Source: a virus
IMG/VR virus record: IMGVR_UViG_3300025065_000001
Span: 1-64,000 of that record
Reading direction: 5' to 3' (one strand)
Length of the DNA stretch: 64,000 bases
In this document: positions 57,754 through 64,000 of the stretch, piece by piece
Layout: the number at the start of each line of letters is the position of its first letter
How positions within the stretch are numbered: position 1 is the stretch's first letter
Notes under the pieces: model-generated
What the model saw: only the letters and a program-made list of their open reading frames with translations
Databases searched by the model: none
Told to the model about the DNA's origin: nothing
Made by a program: the position numbers and the translations under genes

Positions 57754-60626
57754 GCGGCCACCTCCACAGGAACTACAGGTTCGTGTCCCATTAGATAAGC
57801 AACAACATTATGTCGGTATTCCGTGGTGAGCTTAGTATCTTTCAGTTCCTTTGGAATATACCCTTCAAGCTCCGGTGCTTCGTCTAGTTCGACTTGACCG
57901 AACGGGGCCTTCGTTGGGTGATACGGCTCGAGCGTGCGACCAACTGAAACGGTACCATCTAGTTTCAGCCAGCTCACTAAGTCAGGGTGACTACACATCA
58001 CTTCGAGTATGCGTTGACCAAAATCAACAGCTTGGTCCCATCGTACACTAAATACTAATTCGTCGTGAATAGGCATTACGATATCTGCGTCCCATTTTGT
58101 ATCTGGGGCATTAATCTCGTGCCATAGTTTGAGCATCGAGCGCTTAGCTAACGTTGCACAACCACCTTGAATTTTAGCATTTACCGCTTGGTTCCCAGCT
58201 CGGCGTTGAATCTTCTTAGCGATAAACGCCCCGAACTGTGACAATACCGGATCGTTATACGCATCCCACTTGGCCGTGAAGTGATAGAACCAATCGTTGG
58301 TACCTTCGTATTTATAACGTCTGTGACCATCGAAGATATCAACGTAACCTTGTACTTCAATCTCGCGCTGGGTGTTTATTCTCCATTGCTCTGCAACAGG
58401 GAAGGTATCTCGATAGTTGTCGGTACCCGCCCACATTTCATCCGACGTCCAACCTAGCTTATCCTGTACCGTCATTAGAGAGCCCGAGTACCAGTAACCG
58501 AAGTTAGAAGGTTTACCGGCTGAACCACGCCACCATTTAGCCACTTCATAAGGTTCAAGCGCTGCGTTTTTAACTGGGTCAATAAGCACTCGAGAGTACT
58601 GCAGTTTGAACGCTTCTAATTCTTGGCCCTCGAGGTTCTTAATACTAGCCAACATACCCGAAGTAAAATCAGGGTAGAAAACCTTGATTGCTGAGGTTGC
58701 CGCGCCTAAATGCAAATCATCATAAGGTATCTGGCCATAAGCCTTCTGGAAGTTAGGGTCTTTACTTAACTCCCCAATCAACACAAGTTCTACCTGAGAC
58801 CAATCCACAGCAACCAATAAATGGTCGTCACGATGTGGTAAGAAGAACCCCCGAATATAGGTAGATTCACCACGTTTACTTAGCTGCATCGGGTTAGGGT
58901 TCTCAGCGGCCATCCGGCGCGTGTTAAGTCGCGAACTAATAATCGGGTACATACGGTCTGTCTCAGGGTCCGTAAGTAGCAAATAGTTCGTGATATACAA
59001 CTTCATTCGCTGTTCTATCTGAGCCAGCTTATTAATTGCTGTTATTACTTGCTTAGCTGTCTCAGTCGGATACTGATCACAACACTGTTGCGCAAGAACT
59101 TGTAACGTTTCTTCCGGCAGCTCAGCTAACTGGCCATAGCGTTTCCATTCCTTAACCCAAAGCGCGGGGTCAGAGCCTAAACGTTCAGCAAACTCAATCA
59201 GCTTACCGCGTGCCTCGGCATCCGTTTTGATATCACCTTTGATATAAACGAACGGCAGATACAGTAAGTCGTGAAATAACGTGCGCTGTACCATGTAATG
59301 CGAGAAGTTACCGCGTAAGTCGAGTTCCTTCTTCTTGAGCTTGAACTTTTCTTCTTCCATCCAGGGTATTGAAACCGGTCCTGAGGTTAGCGTGGCAAAA
59401 TCGAAGTCTTCAACGGGGGCGTCGTGTACTTCGTGGGCTAACATAAAGTCCGCATAACCATCTTTTAGAAACAATATCTTGTCACGATAGCGCTGGTACG
59501 AAATACCTTCCTTTCCAACATACCATTTAGGTTGTTTCTGATAGAGACGCGGGGCAGGGGCCTCGGGGAACTCTAAGGTTTGAAGTAGTTCGCCTAGCTC
59601 TTTAATTACTTCGATGTAGTTGGAGCGTTCCGTTTCACGGCGGGAAAGAACCGCGTCTTTGTTAACCCGCCAACCTTTTACCCAGCAATCCGAGTAAACG
59701 TAACACATTGGGTTTTCTTGCTCGAAGAACGTGCGTAACACTTCAGGATTCGTGTTCTGCATGAATTGGCAAAGCCAATCGTAAAGACGTACACACCAGT
59801 AAGCATCGTCCGCACCGTAATGAAGGACTTCTTCACCGGTGAGTAACCCCATATGGGATTTACCCTGAAGCGCATCTTTAAATGACGTCTGCTTGTAGCC
59901 AAAGATACGTTCTGTGATCTGCTTTAGGTTGTACCCGTAGTTAATCGACTTCACATACCCATTGTAGCTATGGTCGGCCTTCGACTCTTTGGCCAATACC
60001 TTTTGCATAAGTTCTTGCTGAGCGGTATCTAACTTTCTAAAGTCTTGAACCCCCGCGAAGGTACGGCGTATTTGAGGGATAAGTTTCTTAATCCCTAGTA
60101 GGTCCGACTGGCGGAACACTTCAATATCATACTGGTCCGAATTATAGGCCGATACCGCCATTTGAAGCGTATCTACATAGTTCCAACCTAAGTCTATACC
60201 TAAGCTTTTAAAGCACATCGTCCGTTCAAAGGGATAGTTATGAATTATCTTCAACGGGTGATCTGCCATATATTGAACAAAGCTACGGATAATATCTGGC
60301 GGTATACGATTGTCTGCATCAGCGTGGGCGGCGTTTGCATAATAAACGGTAGTATCCCCTCGGATATACAGAGAAAAGCCCGTCACCGTTGTTCTGTTGA
60401 TATCAAAGACCAGCTTCTTAGGGTTGCGATAGTCCTCATCATCTTTGTTTAACTTCATGAATTGGTTCAGGCCTTCATGCCTGTCAGCATCATGGGTTTC
60501 AATATCGAAACCCACAGGCTGTCCCATCTGGTTAATTTTGGCTTTGATTTCCTCGAGAACATGGACATTACGAGCATCAACCAATTGCTCGACTAGTCCA
60601 GTTCTCTCGTTAATTTGCGAGTACAT
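57750..60626 (-). CDS. family A DNA polymerase with 3'-5' exonuclease domain
   Basis: FDIET exo I; DWSQVEL motif A; KPSNFGYWY motif B; IHDELVF motif C. Confidence 0.92.
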   Translation of the reverse strand: MYSQINERTGLVEQLVDARNVHVLEEIKAKINQMGQPVGFDIETHDADRHEGLNQFMKLNKDDEDYRNPKKLVFDINRTTVTGFSLYIRGDTTVYYANAAHADADNRIPPDIIRSFVQYMADHPLKIIHNYPFERTMCFKSLGIDLGWNYVDTLQMAVSAYNSDQYDIEVFRQSDLLGIKKLIPQIRRTFAGVQDFRKLDTAQQELMQKVLAKESKADHSYNGYVKSINYGYNLKQITERIFGYKQTSFKDALQGKSHMGLLTGEEVLHYGADDAYWCVRLYDWLCQFMQNTNPEVLRTFFEQENPMCYVYSDCWVKGWRVNKDAVLSRRETERSNYIEVIKELGELLQTLEFPEAPAPRLYQKQPKWYVGKEGISYQRYRDKILFLKDGYADFMLAHEVHDAPVEDFDFATLTSGPVSIPWMEEEKFKLKKKELDLRGNFSHYMVQRTLFHDLLYLPFVYIKGDIKTDAEARGKLIEFAERLGSDPALWVKEWKRYGQLAELPEETLQVLAQQCCDQYPTETAKQVITAINKLAQIEQRMKLYITNYLLLTDPETDRMYPIISSRLNTRRMAAENPNPMQLSKRGESTYIRGFFLPHRDDHLLVAVDWSQVELVLIGELSKDPNFQKAYGQIPYDDLHLGAATSAIKVFYPDFTSGMLASIKNLEGQELEAFKLQYSRVLIDPVKNAALEPYEVAKWWRGSAGKPSNFGYWYSGSLMTVQDKLGWTSDEMWAGTDNYRDTFPVAEQWRINTQREIEVQGYVDIFDGHRRYKYEGTNDWFYHFTAKWDAYNDPVLSQFGAFIAKKIQRRAGNQAVNAKIQGGCATLAKRSMLKLWHEINAPDTKWDADIVMPIHDELVFSVRWDQAVDFGQRILEVMCSHPDLVSWLKLDGTVSVGRTLEPYHPTKAPFGQVELDEAPELEGYIPKELKDTKLTTEYRHNVVAYLMGHEPVVPVEVAA

Positions 60627-61052
60627 TTACTGCCACTCTTGGTCTTCTTCTTCAGAAGACCTCACAGGTATAGCCGATTCATCAAACAACTTGCCTAACT
60701 CGGCCATAACGCGCTGTATGCCGCCTTCATTATGTTTTGCTGCAAAGTATGCGTCTTTAAGTGCAATAACTTGTTTGGGATTAAGATACCCTAGCTCGGC
60801 AAGAGCTATCTGCACCCCTTGGTCATGTAATTTAACGATTCGTCTTGATATCTCTTGGAATACTGAGTAGTTCTCTGAGGATATACTCGACTGCTCAATA
60901 ATATCTTTATTGAATTGGGTTTTTACCCTAACGGTATTTTCATAGTCTTTAGGTTCTACAACCAGAGGCCTACCAACTTCCGGCATTGGTGTACCTGAAC
61001 TTGCTTCTGGTAAAACTTCATCAACTTTTTGCATTGGTGGAACAAATGGCAT
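60627..61052 (-). CDS. hypothetical protein
   Basis: AAGGAGATTGACGATG start. Confidence 0.65.
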   Translation of the reverse strand: MPFVPPMQKVDEVLPEASSGTPMPEVGRPLVVEPKDYENTVRVKTQFNKDIIEQSSISSENYSVFQEISRRIVKLHDQGVQIALAELGYLNPKQVIALKDAYFAAKHNEGGIQRVMAELGKLFDESAIPVRSSEEEDQEWQ

Positions 61053-61063
61053 CGTCAATCTCC

Positions 61064-61951
61064 TTACTCTTCGTTATTCAAATTAAACGCCGCTTTAAGG
61101 TCCAGCGCTAACGATAGAAGTGCACTGGCTCCGAGATAGATTTCTGAATCGAGACGCGCTTCCTGTTGGTCCTTAGGAATATCGTCGCTTTCTTCAATCA
61201 AGCGGTCTGAATACTTGATACGCTTAACAGAACCATCTTCACAGAGCATAGCGGTCAATTGGTCGTCATAACTGACAGCAAGTTTCTGAACGAGCTTGCC
61301 TGAGTCTAAACACAGTTGAATTTCTTCTGAGTCGAGTTCTTGATTTTTTGCACGGATAACCGCTTTGGTCTCATCTGTGGCTTGAAGCTCAGTCTCTTCG
61401 AGCAATTCAAATTTGTCAGGGTGGCCATTAACAATCCAGCTTGTTAGGTCTGAAGCGAGAGACCGTCTTGCGAATGGAACTACGGGTAAACTACCTAGCG
61501 CTTTACGAAGTACCGCAAGGAAGATTTCGGCCTCACCATCTGAAGAGGCATTCACTAACACTAGTTTATGCTCTGGGATGATTGTGCCAATAGTTGAGGT
61601 TTGGTCTGTGAACGCACGCGGCGTTAGGTGCGTAACTATTTCTTCTTTTAAGTCTTGACGCTGTTTTTTCCCAACCGGTGATCCCGTTTCCGCTTCAACA
61701 AGCTTAACTTTTTCTTCTAACTCACGGTTGATAACTCGCGCAGGGAGTATCTTGCTTTCTTTCAAAAGCTTAACCGTGTAAATACCTTGAACCTCATGAG
61801 CCAGTAAAGAACCAATGATAGGTGCAAAACCTAGAGAGGCTAGGGTATGTGAACCGCAAGGGTGGAAGGGGATTGCCTCTAGCGCTGGCACTAGGTTAGA
61901 CAAGTCTACATTTTGAGTGAGTGAATAAATCTTTGCGTTTTTAAAATACAT
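61064..61951 (-). CDS. rdgC: recombination-associated protein RdgC
   Basis: MYFKNAKIY..KILPARVI..LTPRAF..LRKALGSLPVVP..GKLVQKLA. Confidence 0.9.
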   Translation of the reverse strand: MYFKNAKIYSLTQNVDLSNLVPALEAIPFHPCGSHTLASLGFAPIIGSLLAHEVQGIYTVKLLKESKILPARVINRELEEKVKLVEAETGSPVGKKQRQDLKEEIVTHLTPRAFTDQTSTIGTIIPEHKLVLVNASSDGEAEIFLAVLRKALGSLPVVPFARRSLASDLTSWIVNGHPDKFELLEETELQATDETKAVIRAKNQELDSEEIQLCLDSGKLVQKLAVSYDDQLTAMLCEDGSVKRIKYSDRLIEESDDIPKDQQEARLDSEIYLGASALLSLALDLKAAFNLNNEE

Positions 61952-61975
61952 CGTCAATTTCCTGTTTTTAGTTAG

Positions 61976-62131
61976 TTAAGCTGGTAGTTGCTGTTTCATT
62001 TCTTCAACATCGGCCATAGCATCACCACAACAATCTCTAAGGCATGGCTTCCAATGTCGTTCCGCGAATTCTTGAACAATCTCTAGGGCCTTCGCAACTT
62101 CCTCAAGAGACTCTTTAGTTTCCTTTGACAT
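61976..62131 (-). CDS. small hypothetical protein (below ORF-track cutoff)
   Basis: MSKETKESLEEVAKALE...QQLPA fills the gap in the operon. Confidence 0.5.
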   Translation of the reverse strand: MSKETKESLEEVAKALEIVQEFAERHWKPCLRDCCGDAMADVEEMKQQLPA

Positions 62132-62133
62132 AA

Positions 62134-62292
62134 TTAAAAGCCTTTCGAAGGATCATACACACCCCTAGGCTCTCGGCTCGGGAGGTCTTTTAAACGCATC
62201 CCTGCGGTACTATCACGCTTCGTAAAACTTGTAACTGGTAAGCGGTTCTCTTTGTTCTGAGACTCTTTAAAACGGTTGAATTCTTTACCCAT
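62134..62292 (-). CDS. small hypothetical protein
   Basis: AAGGAG SD from junction repeat. Confidence 0.5.
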   Translation of the reverse strand: MGKEFNRFKESQNKENRLPVTSFTKRDSTAGMRLKDLPSREPRGVYDPSKGF

Positions 62293-62572
62293 GCTCGTGC
62301 TCCTTGCGTAGTTGTTCAAGCATAGGTTTGAGCCCTATAACCTGGTCACCTTCAACCACCAATCGATACAGCATGGCAATATTCTGAGTGATTTCTTGTT
62401 TCAAATTTGAGTAAGACTGACGCCCTTCAGCGCAATGAACGGCATCCTTAACAACCTCGCCACTTTCTTCTGCAACTTTGCAAACAACGTAATTTGGCTG
62501 TGGAAATTTTGACATTGCCTTTTCAGCCTCGGTAACCGCATCAAGAATTATTTGTTCAAACAGTTTATTCAC
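62285..62572 (-). CDS. MazG-like helical domain protein
   Basis: KVAEESGEVV...EITQ. Confidence 0.5.
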   Translation of the reverse strand: MNKLFEQIILDAVTEAEKAMSKFPQPNYVVCKVAEESGEVVKDAVHCAEGRQSYSNLKQEITQNIAMLYRLVVEGDQVIGLKPMLEQLRKEHEHG

Positions 62573-62933
62573 TGGCTTGCTCCTTGCGTAGTTGTTCTAT
62601 TTCCCAATTGCAAGCATCGGAGACAACATCATAACTAGTCTCGTAAGCAACCTTCTTCAGCGCTTCAATCTTCTTCTCTATGGCGAATTTTTTTAAAAGC
62701 TTTTCACCTAAAGCCCAAGTTGATTCTCGCCCTGTAGCAAGTGTTAACATTGACAGCTCATCTTCGAGTTCACTGACTCGCTCCTTAGCCTTTGACAACC
62801 TATTAGGCATATCTACGAGGCTACTCCTATCGAACAAATTGGAACAAAAATGAGTTACAGCCTTTATTTGTGATGCTGTCAGGTCTTCAGGGAGAAAATT
62901 CATCATTTCCTCAATAAATTTAGCTTTGTCCAT
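62565..62933 (-). CDS. hypothetical protein
   Basis: Coupled ORF ending EQLRKEQ. Confidence 0.6.
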   Translation of the reverse strand: MDKAKFIEEMMNFLPEDLTASQIKAVTHFCSNLFDRSSLVDMPNRLSKAKERVSELEDELSMLTLATGRESTWALGEKLLKKFAIEKKIEALKKVAYETSYDVVSDACNWEIEQLRKEQASE

Positions 62934-63189
62934 GCGCTTTCTCCTTACGCGTCAGTTTCTTTTGCCACACGAAGGGATGCCAGTCTCTCGAGTAAGCAAA
63001 GTGGGTTCTCATGGGGTAACTGAAGGGGTCTCGGATTGAAAACCGACCCAGCGAATAAAGCTTCCAAGTGCCGTACTGGCGCAAATTGTTTAAAAGCTGT
63101 ACGTTAAAGCGCCAAAACTTACTAGATTTATTGTCGATAATTCGAGGTCTAAACTTCATAATGTAAAATATATAAATTGCTCTAACCAT
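62920..63189 (-). CDS. hypothetical protein
   Basis: Coupled ORF. Confidence 0.5.
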   Translation of the reverse strand: MVRAIYIFYIMKFRPRIIDNKSSKFWRFNVQLLNNLRQYGTWKLYSLGRFSIRDPFSYPMRTHFAYSRDWHPFVWQKKLTRKEKAHGQS

Positions 63190-63473
63190 CACTCTTGCTC
63201 CTTGCGTAGTTGTGGAGCCCATTGGGCCTTAGGCTTATGTTCAGTTAACTTCCCACTTATATTCTGCTCATACAAAACAAAAACAGTATTATTGTGCTTT
63301 GCGCTTTGCCCCGTCTCTTTTGCTTCATCTATTGCGCCTTGACAAGTGCTGCCTGTAATATTTACGTCAATACCGTAATGAGAAAAAAGTGCGTTGCTTA
63401 TAACCTCTAAAACTTCGCTTTTTCCTGAGCCAGTTTTTCCGCTTACCGTTATTTCTATAATGTTACTTTTCAT
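63189..63473 (-). CDS. small P-loop-containing protein
   Basis: ITVSGKTGSGKS. Confidence 0.55.
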   Translation of the reverse strand: MKSNIIEITVSGKTGSGKSEVLEVISNALFSHYGIDVNITGSTCQGAIDEAKETGQSAKHNNTVFVLYEQNISGKLTEHKPKAQWAPQLRKEQE

Positions 63474-63475
63474 CA

Positions 63476-63649
63476 CTATTGCTCCAACTCTTGAACCCAT
63501 GAATCCATCACATCCGAGCGGTACTCATTAATTAAGTCCTTCTGTTCCTGCTCCGACATTGCATCCCATTGCTCTTTGGTAACGTCTAAGTCCGTACTAC
63601 ACTCAGAACCCTCGGCGTTTGTTCTTACAAAGAAGTGCATGGTTTTCAT
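63476..63649 (-). CDS. small hypothetical protein (below ORF-track cutoff)
   Basis: MKTMHFFVRTNAEGSEC... Confidence 0.5.
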   Translation of the reverse strand: MKTMHFFVRTNAEGSECSTDLDVTKEQWDAMSEQEQKDLINEYRSDVMDSWVQELEQ

Positions 63650-63653
63650 AATC

Positions 63654-63860
63654 CTATACCCTCATCCAAGTTTGATAATCGGCTTCAGTAAGCCTTTGTT
63701 CTTGCTCTGCTTCTCGCTTCTCATGTTGAGCTAAGTCGCTCTTATGCTCAGAACAAGCGAACGTACTAGCAAAGCCATTCTCACGATAAACCGCTCTTTC
63801 AGTTTTAGGGGCGCAGAACGAGCACCACGGGCCGAGCTGATTAGCTTTTAGTTTTTTCAT
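63654..63860 (-). CDS. small zinc-binding hypothetical protein
   Basis: CSFC...CSEH; AAGGAG SD. Confidence 0.55.
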   Translation of the reverse strand: MKKLKANQLGPWCSFCAPKTERAVYRENGFASTFACSEHKSDLAQHEKREAEQEQRLTEADYQTWMRV

Positions 63861-64000
63861 GGTCTTGCTCCTTTCGTAGTTGCCTAGCGGTAACCCCAAC
63901 AATATTAAAAATTTTGTCCCCTAAAACATCAGGATTTATCTTAACCTCGTTGTCTAACTCGTTAATACATGATTCATAGACCAGTGAAGCCAGAGCCTTT

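Noticed and set aside
673-61957. MTM/MTI N-termini in many ORF-track proteins as a shared peptide signal
   Set aside because: Artefact of calling the TTG inside the box as the start; spacing to the real ATG varies (GATG, GATATG, GATTATG), so conservation is at nucleotide level
644-61962. TTGACG in the box as a -35 promoter element
   Set aside because: No consistent -10 at 17 bp, and transcripts would begin inside the coding sequences

Overview
The whole window is part of the genome of a temperate, long-tailed (siphovirus-like) dsDNA phage of a gammaproteobacterium, apparently in excised form because an intact attP (3' end of tmRNA/ssrA) has phage genes on both sides. Layout: 1-9 kb leftward small early genes (C5 DNA methyltransferase, RadC, many unknowns); 9.0-9.7 kb repeat-rich control region; 9.7-12.7 kb SF3 primase/helicase and a possible terS; 12.8-45.8 kb rightward head, tail, receptor-binding and lysis genes; 46-64 kb leftward int/xis, SbcCD, RecU-like resolvase, ProQ/FinO protein, primase-helicase, family A DNA polymerase, RdgC and small genes. 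The main observation is a probable RNA-based global regulatory system. A box, (ATTTG)GAAATTGACGAT(G), sits in sense orientation at the translation start of about 33 genes from every module (counted by eye). One copy is antisense, at 29761-29779, inside an ~80-nt unit with a near-consensus sigma70 promoter and an intrinsic terminator, so it looks like a trans-acting sRNA able to pair with all these ribosome-binding regions. The phage also encodes a ProQ/FinO-domain RNA chaperone, a non-coding unit carrying a perfect 19-nt target (candidate sponge) and an RHH regulator, and I saw no CI-like repressor in the window. The sequence motifs are directly visible; the regulatory model is inference. All protein calls come from motif recognition and synteny, not database searches.
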